Shown here: positions 48,443 to 60,274 of the stretch, one piece after another
Numbering within the stretch: position 1 is the stretch's first letter
Layout: each line of letters starts with the position of its first letter
Source of the DNA: Azolla caroliniana
Lineage: Eukaryota; Plantae; Polypodiophyta
Length of the DNA: 64,000 bases
Assembly: GCA_043228905.1 (NCBI GenBank)
Contig: JBHGNT010000005.1
Location: 8,184,001-8,248,000 of the forward strand
Direction of reading: 5' to 3'
Notes under the pieces: model-generated
Database searches by the model: none
Seen by the model: only the letters and a program-made list of their open reading frames with translations
Told to the model about the DNA's origin: nothing
Made by a program: the position numbers and the translations under genes

Positions 48443-49435
48443 ATATGACCTATGAGACCAAATAAAATACATTTCACATGATACGTGTAAAAGTGAGCAG
48501 TGACACTCGATGTTCAAGAACTTTGCCAATGAATGTTGCAATCAAGAGTGCACATTGTGGTTGTGAGAGAAATTCGTGCAAGGATTGGGCTTGGTTGAAG
48601 ATGTGTGGAAAACATGGTGGAATATGATCAAAGGCAAAGCATTGTATCAAAGTGTGATACTCAGACTCTCAAACTTGGTTAGGGCAAAGTGTGCATAGTC
48701 GACCACTCTCATCACTTGTGGCCCAACGCCCCATCTCATATCGTAATGCATGTGAGCTAAGTCGCATGGAAGCAATGGTTCGAATGGAAGCCAATGGAAT
48801 GGGTTCTAGCATGTATCGATTTGTACAGTTTCCATTATGTAAAGAATATGGTTTTGTAGTTAGGTGCAACATGTGTAGTATTATGTGTGAAGCATGAGCC
48901 TCCACATTTTCCCATGTCATGATACATTGGCATTGCAAAAATGCCTCATTTACAAAGGAATCTTGTGATGCATCATGAAGAAAATGTGTTACATCCGATC
49001 TACCGAACCACTTTTTCATATCTTGCATCCAACCGGAACACAAAAATTTGTTTTTATGAGTCTTTTGGATCTTTTTTCTTGATTCCCATGCGATTCTAGG
49101 AAGTCGATGTGAGGGACTTTTTTGAACCTTAAGCATGTATTCAAGAACCCTTTCCATGGCCAAGATCTCAATGGAAGTGATCACGTCTCAAGAAGGAGGA
49201 GGATGTATGGCATTTGTTTCTTAACTTGTAGAAACTTTGTAAGAAAATGTTTTTGGACATTTTCAAACTTTTTCCAAGTAGATTTAGGGATGCTACCACC
49301 CCATACTTCCACCCCATAGAGAGGCACCGATGTCACCAAAGTGTCAAAAAGGTATTTCTTGAGGACCCAACACTTAATATCTCCACAATTGCATGTGTCC
49401 TCAAATGCGTAATATGCTCGCTTTCCCGCCTCTCA
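48443..49435 (-). mobile_element. RTE LINE 3' fragment
   Basis: RLSSHALRYEMGRW..RLCTLC..ESEYH. Homologous to 8711-9410. Confidence 0.82.
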
Positions 49436-49436
49436 A

Positions 49437-49520
49437 TAGCGATCGACAATGGCTCGGCTCAAGTCTAAACCGGTTTAAAGCGGCTTAGCGGCTCAACTTA
49501 GGCTTGAGCCAGCCTAAAAT
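49437..49520. mobile_element. Terminal remnant of the hAT MITE family
   Basis: TAGCGATCGACAATGGCTCGGCTCAAG resembles the reverse complement of the right end of 52288-52956. Confidence 0.7.
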
Positions 49521-52287
49521 AGGATATGACGTTCGATATGTATGCAGAAGTATGTGTGGGGACCTGTAGGTTATGTGCATAGCAAACAACATAGATATGT
49601 GACAGGGAAGAAAACAGTAAATCGACACATAGATTGAGCTTCAATGGAGGTTCTCATTATTTTGTAATTCTCTCTCTACAAGACTGAAGATACAAGAAGA
49701 TGTTGTCGTTACAACTTTAGGTTAGAGCTTATATATTAAGCCCTAACTATTTGGACGTGTTCACACTTATGGATACAAAGTGGAAGGAGTCGGCCTTTTA
49801 TGCCAACAAACTCCTCTATAAAAGGACTACTCTTTCTATTTACTATCTCCCCCGTAAACCTACAATACAATTTTAATTCAAAGTTATAGTTACAAGTCAA
49901 TCGGCATATAGCCGAGTAGGCAAAGGTGAAGTCATTATCTAACCTGATTCGGCTAGTTATCCGAATCGGTCGGATCGACTTGTTCGCAACATCTTGCGTC
50001 GAGTCGGCTCATTTTGTTTGAATTGGCTCATGTCCAATTTTTACTCTTGGTCTTGGGTCGATCGTCTGTTGTCAGCTCGTGCCTACTCTTGTGCTTCCAA
50101 TTATTTTGACTTTGCCTTGTTGGCTCGTCCAATTGGACTGGTCTTCGATTTACCTTTTGATCCACGCTCGACGTTCTTTTGCTTGGTCGTTCTCGTAGTC
50201 CCATTTTTGTCCTTAGTGCTCCAAAGTGTTGATCTGGGAGTGGCTTCGTGAGGCAATCAGCGATGTTCATCTCGGTGTCGATCTTCCGGACTTCGAGCTT
50301 CTTTTCTATTATGAGCTCCTGAATGTGATGATACCGCACCTCAATATGCTTTTTCTTTGCATGATAGATAGGATTATTGATGAGGTGTATCACACTCTTT
50401 GAGTCGAAGTAGATGGTTGATGTTGGTCGGTCGATTCGACTTGTCATCGAGAAATCGGTAGTCAATAGATGCAGCCAAATCACTTCCTTAGCTGCCTCCG
50501 ATGTTGTTGTGCACTCTTGAAACTTCGACCTCCATGATATAGCACCGCCACCATAGGTGAAGATGTAGCCTGATGTCAACTTTCGATTGTCCAAATTCTT
50601 GACATAGTCGGAGTCGATGTAACTTTCGTCTTCAGTCGAGTTTGCCGATCTGAAAGTCAGTTGTGCATCTTTGGTCCCTTTTAGGTACTTGAAGATGTGC
50701 TTGATGGCCTCCTAATGCTTTCGCCCTGGGTTCAACATGTAGTAGCTGACGACCCCTACAGCACATGCAAGGTCAGGTCAGGTCACCACCATCGCATACA
50801 TGATACTTCCTACGGCTGATGCGTAGGGTATCTTCCTATTGAGCTCTCTATCCTTGTCTGTTGAAGGAGAGTCTTTGTCCGATAGTCGGATCGACGTTGG
50901 AAGCGGTGTTGGTGTTGGCTTCGCGTTCTCCATGTTGAAGTGCCTTAGCACCTTTCAGATGTAGTCCGACTAGGAGAGTCAGAGAGTCTTTGTTGTCTGA
51001 TTTCACTCGATCCTCGTGCCTAGTATATGTCGGGCTTGTCCGAGTTCCTTCATCGCAAACTTGTCATGAAGGCTCCATTTTAGCTTTCTGATTTTGGTGT
51101 GATTGCTTCCTGTAATCAGCATGTCGTCGACATATAGGATCAGATAGATCCGGGACTCGTTGGCCAATTGCCAAGTATATAGACATGGGTTGGAGTCAAA
51201 CCGGTTGTAGCCGAGCTATCGGATGTAGGAGTAAAACTTGTCGTACCACATCCTAGGCGCTTGTTTCAAGCCATAAAGGCTTTTCTTAAGTCGACATACG
51301 AGGCGACCTTCCTCCCCTATCGCCATGAAGCCTACCGGTTGAGACATGTAAATTTCTTCTTCCAGATCTCCATGTAGAAAAGCCGTCTTGACGTCTAGTT
51401 GCTCAAGCTCTAGGTCCTCCGTTGCCACAACGCCAAGTAGGAGCCGAAGGATGGTCATCTTGACTACTGGTGAGAATATCGCATCGTACTCAACCCCCTG
51501 TTCTTGTTTGAATCCCTTCACAACAAGTCGAGCTTTGTATTTGGGTTTCTCATAGTCAGATATATATTTGTACATGAAGACCCATTTGCAGGGTAGTGGT
51601 TTCCTTCTCGTTGGTAGTTCAACCAACTCCCATGTTTGATTTTGTCGAATCGAGTCCATCTCAGATTGCATGGCTTGTAGCCATGTATCGGCGTCTGGTG
51701 CGTCTATAGCTTCTTCGTATGTGCTTGGTTTGCCTACATCAGTGTAGCTGACGTAGTCAAGTCCTAGCTGGTAGAACTATGTTGGCCTTCGAATTCGTTC
51801 GGATCTCCTAAGTGCCGAAATGATCAGTTCGAATCCTTGTTTGCATGACCATAGTGCCCATGGTACTTCGAGCCTGATTGCTTTTGATGGCGATAGATTT
51901 ATCAGGTAAACTGTCGTCTGCAATGCTTCGACCCAGAACTCTAGCTTCAGTCTAGCTTGTTGAAGCATTGTCGTCACCCTCTCTTGGATCGTTCGGTTGA
52001 TCCATTCTGCAACTCCATTATGCATGGGTGTGTACAAAACGGTCTTTTGATGTTGGATTCCTTAGTCAGACAGGTACTGTTTGAAGGCTCTAGAGGTGTA
52101 TTCACCGCCATTGTCAGATCAAAGAGTTTTCACTTTGTATCTCGACCGGTTCTCCACTTCACCTATCCACCAAGTGAAGACCTTGAGCGCTTTGTCTTTC
52201 GACCTAATCGAGTAGGCCCAGACCTTCCCTATACAGTCATCTACAAATGTGATGAAGTACTGGGAGCCTCTTAGTGATCGCTCAGGC

Positions 52288-52556
52288 TAGGGATCGGCAA
52301 CGTTTGGGGATCTCAAACCTGAACCAAACCAAACCAAACCGGTTCACAACCCAGTTTAGGCTAAACCAATTTAGCCTAAACCGGTTTGTGAACCAGTTTG
52401 GTAAACAGCTTAGAAACCAATTTCGAAACCAGCTTGGAAACCTGTGTGGAAACCTCCCTCTCTCTCTCTCTCCTCTCTCTCTCAGATGATCCACTATATA
52501 GTATACATTGTACAAGCTCTCCCTCCCACTCTCTCTCTCACGTTTGTGTGGTCTCG

Positions 52557-52588
<32 letters not shown>

Positions 52589-52654
52589 CTCGTCTGTGTA
52601 GTTCTCCCTCACTCTCTCTCTCCCCTTGTCTGTTGTCTCCCTCCCTCCCTCCCT

Positions 52655-52687
<33 letters not shown>

Positions 52688-52956
52688 CCCCCCCCCCCCT
52701 CGTGTATTTAGTCTCCCTCACTCTCTCTTGCCCCTTGTCTATTGTCTCCCTCCTTCTCTCTCTTTCTCTCTCTCTCCCTCTCGCTCTAAAGTTTCTAACC
52801 GGCTTAGCCGGCTTGAGCTGGTTTGGCGAGGCTCAAGCCAAGCCAAGTCAAGCTCAAACTGTTAAGGTAAGTTCAAGCCTAAACCGAGAAGAGCCGAGCC
52901 ACTAAGCCGGCTAAGCCAAACGTTTTAGGCTTGAACCGAGCCGTTGTCGATCCCTA
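52288..52956. mobile_element. hAT-type MITE with 8-bp TSD GCTCAGGC
   Basis: TIRs TAGGGATCG(G/A)CAACG. Subterminal aaacc/aagcc repeats. Internal CT tracts. Confidence 0.93.
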
Positions 52957-53274
52957 GCTCAGGCATAGGCCCACATATATCTATGTGCATGAGCTCTAGG
53001 AGTTGTTGTACCGTCTCATAGTGGACAGAATGCGGACTTCGGGTCTGTTTCCCATATCAACAATGCTCAAAGAAGTTCGTCTTGTTTTGGAGTTTCGGGA
53101 TGTAGCCGACCGCCATCAACCGATCGAGTCTAGTTTGAAACATGTGGCCGAGTCGGCCATGCCATAGGTTTAGGTCGGTCTTTTCGGCTACGTTCACGGC
53201 CCCTTCTGGATTGATTGCCATCATTGGGTACAAGTTATTGTACTTGTTCCTGGTTCCAATTCTTAGGTTTCCGT

Positions 53275-54050
53275 TGTCGTGTGGTTCTTCACACACGATA
53301 TGAAAAATATTAAAATAATTATTTAATATTATCTTAATGGGTTGATATGGAAAGATGGAAGTCTTCAAGAGCTTCCGAACGCATTTTACAACACATGAAA
53401 GGGACAACTAAGTATCAAGTTATGTAAGTATAAAGATTGAGAAGATTGAGAAAACAAAACTAGGAGATATCCCACATAGATTAGGACAACAATGGATCCC
53501 ATAGTATATAAGGAAAGCCAGAACCTATTACTTTATGTCTATGTGTGGAGCACAGAATGTTTAAGGTGGCCGAACTTTATGTTCGATCATGTGGCCAAAT
53601 TATACGGACGGTCACATGCAACTAAAAGTAAAAGGCATGCAACTAAAAATGGAAGCAACTAAAAGTATAGACCATGCAACTAAAAGTGGGCATGCAAAGT
53701 AACATTGGAGGCTATGATCAACGAGGAACTCCGTATACGTTCCACTCTTTTTTTTCTCTAGTTTTTTTTTCTCTTCTTCTCTCTCCCATTCCTTGGGGAA
53801 AAATAATCTCGCATATTCATATCGGACCATTCCTTACATGGTTGTTGGCTCCATTCTTTCAAGAATGATCTTTCATATTCATATCCAATCCGTTGTAACA
53901 TGATTCTAGAATTATAAAGAATCTATTTTCTTTTGCAAGAAATGAACGTTTTCTCCCACCTACTTGTCTTATGTTTAAATCTTGTTTGTGTTGTACGGGT
54001 GAGCACTAATTCCTTCCAATCCATAACCCTGGCGGTTCAGCCTCACGACA
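53275..54050 (+). mobile_element. Solo LTR (TGTCG...CGACA) with degenerate TSD CCGT/TTGC
   Basis: Splits copia codons WMISR|GNLRIG. The 3' end aaccctggcggttc..ctcacgaca resembles U5 of 31147-34380. Confidence 0.75.
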
Positions 54051-54744
54051 TTGCGGCTGATCATCCATTCCGACTCATTGAGAGTTGCTTAGTACCCATC
54101 TTAGGCTAACGTGCCAATGGAGACCAGACTCCTCTTCAGATCGAGTACATGTCGAACTTGGTGCAGGGTGATCATGTTGCCATTCGATAGTCTGATTGGA
54201 ACCTCTCCAATCCCTGCGATTATACACTCCTGCCCATTGCCAAGTCGGACTATGCCACTAGCTTTGACCGAATAGTTCGAAAACCATTTGATGTTCAAGG
54301 TCACATGGAATGTGGCACCGGAATCCAGCAACCACGTATGTGCGTCTTGCACAATGTAGAGGACTTCTCTGATCATTGAGTCCTCTAAGGAGCGGATTTC
54401 TCTGGATCCGGTGTCGGCAACATTGACTTGGTTGCCGACTAGAGAGCAGTTCGAGTCGGATCATCCTTGATTCCGCTCAGATCACCGACCACTCTCTTTT
54501 CTCTTGATCGACTAGTAATTGGAAATGTTGTGACTGACTTTTCCGCAGTGGGTGCAGAATTCCCCTGATCAACTCATTCTCGACTTCGAAGTTAATCCCT
54601 TGGGAGGAGAGTTCAGACAATGCCCAACTGAAGGTGTTGATGTGGGAGGTGGCTGAATCAGTTTCTCTCATCTTCATGTTGAACAGTTGTCTGATCAGTA
54701 TCAATTTCGAAGATGAGGACTTCTTTTCGTACATAGTCTGCACT

Positions 54745-57700
54745 ATGCAATTTCTCCCATGTTCTACACTGAGGTTAGAAACATGTTCACGTTCACAAGT
54801 GGAAGGATCACGCATAAATGGAAGAATAAGGAATATTCCGTTTGATTTTAGTACTTTTTCAGTGATAATACAAAACACATTGATACCAGTATCATACATT
54901 CTCAAATATACTATGAAAAATGTTAAAAATCCACCATTTTCGTGATTTAAAAATAAATAAATAAATAGTGAATTTTCAAAAAGTTACATTCTCAATTTAT
55001 ATCACAAACTTTACAACCAATGTTTTTTATAAGAAATGATATTCATAGGAATCGAAAGAATTCAAAACACATGCTTTTATATTACCAAATTTGTTATAAG
55101 CGAAAGGTAGTTACACTTAATAGCCAAAAATACATTCATGATCACTCCTTTATGGAGAATCACTACTATAGCTAATATACAATGAGGATTCCTCCTCGTC
55201 ATCCTCGGATGTACCAATCAATGTCTTATCTTCATCATAAACCAAATGGTGTGACTCTAGATTATGTGCAGCTAATCTCATTTGCCTTCGACTCGAGCCA
55301 CCTTCTAGACCTGCTAATTTTTCTTTTATTATATCTATTGTTGACTTCCTTAAACGTCTAGCTTTTGTAAGTGTGAAGTCATACACGATGATATCCACAT
55401 TAGAGATATCAAGGGTCGAGGTGTTACGAATGTTTCACTTCCTCTTCCTACTTCCCATTGTCATCGGGCATTCCATCATCTCCAATGTATACTTACCAGT
55501 AAAAGCATTTTGACTTCTAGTGTTGTACCAATGCACTTTTATAGGCTTGATCATGTTTTCTATTTCATGCATTAACACTTCTAGAACTTTACCAATCCAA
55601 AATTGGCGGCCTTGGTCATTGTCATCAACAGGTGTTGCAATCAACATCCCCACCGCGAGCTCTTGCAAATTGCCTTGCCATCTAGCTTCAGTTGTTTTGG
55701 TCATCCTTGGTCCCACATAAATGTCTCTTTGTTGTGGATGGACCAAATTGTCATTAATCGCATTAGTTTTTTGCTCTAGAGATTTATTTACACGATCATG
55801 TTGTCGCGACCATGTGAATGGCATTTCCAAAGTCCAATTATCACCAGATACACAATTGTCAATAATTCCTTTCTGATCATTATAAAACACATCCCACCAT
55901 GACATGTCTTGTTGTGCTACATATTTCTTTGCGGCCTCAATATGCTTCCTTTTCTCTATTAAGGCTTGGAGCCATAAGTGTATTTGTTCTTCTACCAAGT
56001 CACTATGCAATTGTCCTTTTGTCTCAATTGGCATTTGTTTAGCTTCATAGACTATTGTACTCGGCATACAAAGTAAGAACTAGCAACCGCCTTCAGGTTC
56101 CCATTTTTTCGAAGATGAATATTTGCTTGACATACAAAAGCATAGAACCACTTGTATCATTTTTCTTTATCAAAAAAATGTGATTGAAGCTTATGTTGTT
56201 TAACTGGGCGAGCACTTTAAAATTCCCATCCCCCCCATCTGATATATATCTCTTGAAGTCATATATCTCCTTCAAGTGTAGCACTTTTGGTCGTGGTGTG
56301 TATGCATCACAAATGACATCAAATAGTTTCGGTAATGTGAAAGCATCATGCCGAGACAACTATCTAGAGAATGTGCTAAACATCTTATCTATATGATCAT
56401 GGGTGTGGCCAACCAAAAGAAAATTGACTTTCACTTTTCTAAAAAATCCTTGGTTGACCAACATATTTAAATAGCCGAACATAGTTGAATTTTTGTTCTC
56501 TCTAGCAGTATTGTCCAATTGAATGTAGAGAACAACAGCTCGCCCCAAGACATCAATACCCAGCGAATCACTGTAATTGTTAGGTTAGGGTCATTGTGAA
56601 CATTGGGGTATGTAATGAAGACATGAGGGTCATTGATAATAGCATTTCTGATCAATAGACATCATAAACTTCCTGGCATGTGTAATTATCAAAGAGGTGC
56701 ATCCTACCTGTAGTAGGCATTACTTCACAATTTAACTTGAAGTAAATTTTCATCCAACCAATAGCATGTCTTCCAATTGCACCTTTTATATGTGGAACAT
56801 CTTTACAATTGACAATGTCATCCCCACTAAGAAGACAATGTTGTACTCTATGTATCCGCATGTTACTAACACAAAGCGCAATTTTGAATGCCACTCTACA
56901 TATTTGTTGCGGATGAAAGATATAATACTCGAATGATACCTTGATCCCCGAAGAGTTTTCAAACACCAATTGCATATGTGAGCCGAGGTAAGTGTCTTGC
57001 TCATCATGAGTCATCAAAAAATAGTAACGCCTTAATTCACGCAACTTTGCCTTTCCAAGTATAGACATACAGCCACGAGCACAACATGTTTTGTTGACAT
57101 CAAATGCAAGTTGCTTATCTAATGTCATCAAGTTAAATCTTGCCTAACGTATTCTACATGGGATTTTCCTTATTTGCATAGGGCTTGCCGATTGCTTTTC
57201 TTGACTACAAATAGAGACAATTATTTGTTGTTAGCTTGACCCCCCATGATCTTCGATGTTTCATTGGCATTACCTTCATTGTCTGTATCTTTATTGTAGT
57301 CATATTCCTCAACAAAGAACTCTTCACATGAGTCGTTATTTACACGAGGTATAGGAGAAGATGAGCTCAAACAATATTCTTTGACAAAAAAATGATGCTT
57401 CTGTCGACAAACAATACTCTTCAACCAAAAATGGTGAGTTTTCACTCATGGCTTAAGATCCAAACTGAGCTCTCTAAATCATGTGCTTAGGCTAATATAA
57501 GAGATTGAAACAAATGATAAATGGCTCTATATACATAACCTCCCTCAATCTAATGTCCAATTAAAAACGATATTGCTATTATATAAAATATGTCTTATAC
57601 ATTATATTAATATACACACTAGTCATTATCATATACATAAATTTTAATTTATACAATATTATTGTTTACAACAGGAACTCGATATAGAGTTCCAGTTTAA

Positions 57701-58052
57701 AGTAGAAACTCTACAACAATATCCTCATCATGGCACCATTTTAGATGGGAAATTGAGACATTTCAATAGAATAAAACGAATTTTGAATCAATTAGGACCA
57801 TTAAACAATTAGGGAATATGGCAAGTAGCCTCACAAAATACGTGAAAATAACCAATAATTTAGACTTCTAACAACAAAATTGACCATGTCTTTATACATT
57901 TAAGAAACTTTACATTCTCTAGACCTAGGAAAAACCTAAAAAACTTGATTTCATCATAATACAATAAGAGATAATTAATTCTACAATTGACTTCCATTAT
58001 TTCAACCTAAAGCATAACCTTTCAATGAAGGGAAATAACTAAGTAGTATCAG
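54745..58052 (-). mobile_element. Decayed Sola1-like DNA transposon; transposase fragments at about 57130-55150
   Basis: CC...C, C..AF, CEVMPT, LYIQLDNTARENKN, FLLVGHTHDHIDKMFS, C-terminal FWIGKV...VHWY. Ends are not defined. Confidence 0.7.
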
Positions 58053-60274
58053 TGTTGAGCAAGCAAGCTCAACCGGATCCAGATCCGCTGAATAAGCCTG
58101 AGCCGGATCGGTATCCGGAAACAACCAGCTGGATCAGGGAGACATATCGGAGAGCCGGATTCGAGTAGGAACCGGAAGCCTAGTAGTAGCCTAGACTATA
58201 CTAGGTAATCATTGTCTCGTAGTTAGTGTCAGTCACACGTAGGAATATTGAAGTACCTATCATTCCTTTATGGATTTGTATAAATAGTGTTGTTTAGCAC
58301 GTTATATGTACAGAGTTACAAAGTATTTTTATTTTTGAATCTACGTTTACGTTCTGCTCTCTCTATCTCTCCCGCATATACTCTCTATGTACTAAGCTTC
58401 TCCATTAAACCTTCATCTTATTCTCTGTTGCTATCCGACTGAGTTGGTTCTGTCTAACACTTCCGCACGTTAACATTCACATGGGATCAGAGCACGAGGG
58501 TTGAGAACCTCTGCAGCCGACACTTGCTTTCGTAGACGAACCCTAGAACCCGGTAACGATAGACAGAGAGAAGATATGGACAGAGGAATGGTGAGTTTAC
58601 TTCCAACAGAGAAGCTCAACCAGAGCAACTACGTGTCTTGGTCATACAAGATGCAGCAGTACCTGTTGGGGCATGGATATTGGAGCTTCGTGGAAGGAAC
58701 AAACGAGGTAGCGTCAGAGCTGGCACACAAGGACTTCTCGGTATGGGAGAAAGGAGCGAGCCGAGTATTGTACTGCCTCGCGTCCTGTGTGCACGACCAG
58801 ATGCTCGACTACATAAAGGATGCAAAATCGACGAAGGAGGCCTGGGGAAATCTGAGGAAGATTTTCGCCGTGAGTACCACAACCTGTAAGTTGCAGCTCC
58901 GGCAAGAGCTGAACAACATCCGACAAAGAGACATGTCGGTTACGGATTAGACCACCAAGATAAAGGAGATTTGTGATGCACTCGGGTCCATCAACATGAC
59001 GGTTGACAAAGACGAGATGGTACAAATCTGCCTCGGTGGTCTAGCGCAAAGGTACAGGCCAATCCGGACAGCGATCTGCACCCGGGAGAAGCCACCGACA
59101 TTCTTTGACTTGCAATCAATGCTAAGGATCGAAGAAAACCACGCAAGTGGGTTGAGGACCACTGAATCAGACGGCCGGATGTTGTACACTGAGACAGATC
59201 GACCCCATGGACGTGGTGGACGAGGTGGATCGGCACACAATGCAGGCAGCCGGCAAGAGTAGGGTCGGAGGCACAGAGGTAGTCCCAACAGTAGTTCTGG
59301 GCCCTCCACAAGCAGGGGGGAGTCAAAGCGGCACCGGAAGCCAGCAAGGAAAAGCTGACACAGAATGTTGGTACTGTGGGAAAAAGGGCCACAAGGAAAA
59401 CGAGTGTTGGAAGAAGCGAGCCGATTCGGACAAATCTGGATCCGGCAAGGCCGGTTGGGAAAACTGACAAAGCTCACACTACGCAGAAGGATCGGAGGGA
59501 TCCAGAACCGGGAAGACCGGTAAAGGGCCAGCCTTCGTGATGAAGCACAAGGCTAACTCGATGAAGAAGACTACTTCCGGATCGGAGGAAGTATGGTACG
59601 TTGATTCCAAAGCGTCCAACCACATGACGAACCATGAAGAGTGGTTCTCGTTTTTGGAGAAACCGGAACAACCGGGAATCATCGAAACCGAAGACGACAC
59701 CCCTCACCTGATTGCGCATGTCGGAGAAGTCCCTTTGAGCCATGTCGGACAGAAGGAGAAGTTGATGAACGTACTACACGTTCCGACTATCACAAAGAAC
59801 CTAGTGTTGGTTGGACAAATCGTGAACCAGGGGATGCAAGTACGGTTTATGCACCTCGAGTGCTTCATCAAGGAAGAAGGCTGGATAATCGCGCAAGGGT
59901 GTAGGGAAGGGAGGATGGTCATCCTCAACACTAATGACGTCAGCACCGCCATGTTTGCCAAAGGACAGAAGATTGAATCGGACATCGATGTTTGGCGCAA
60001 GCGGATCGGCCACGTCAATTACCGGAGGCTTCAAGACCTGCAATTGAAACAAGTTGTGTTCGGATTGCTGAAATTCAATGGTCGGAAGGCCAAAATTTGT
60101 GAAGCCTACCAACTCGGGAAGCAACATCGGCTTCCATTCCCCACCGAATGAAACCGGCGCTGTAACAAGCTCGACCTAATCCATTCGGATGTATGGGGAC
60201 CAGCACAGAACGTTAGTCTTGGTGGGAGTCGATACTTCGTCTCCTTCATCGACGACTACAGTCGGCACACGTGG
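58053..60274 (+). mobile_element. Copia family C 5' half: LTR 58053-58481, PBS 58482-58493, gag-protease-integrase start with stops
   Basis: MDRGMVSLLPTEKL, CWYCGKKGHKENEC, WYVDSKASNH, SFIDDYSRHTW, then an insertion. Confidence 0.92.

Larger units (their letters stand above)
49527..54742 (-). mobile_element. Decayed copia (family D): probable 3' LTR 49527-49991, RNase H, RT, integrase, protease and gag fragments
   Basis: KHIEVRYH, PLPCKWVF, DVKTAFLHGDLEEEIYM, LWHGRLGH, WLLDSGATFH, YEKKSSSSKLILIRQLFNMKM. Confidence 0.88.

Noticed and set aside
52398-52905. SLSLSL and ERERER ORFs (also 5978-6280 and 46220-46786)
   Set aside because: Products of CT/AG microsatellites and low-complexity repeats.
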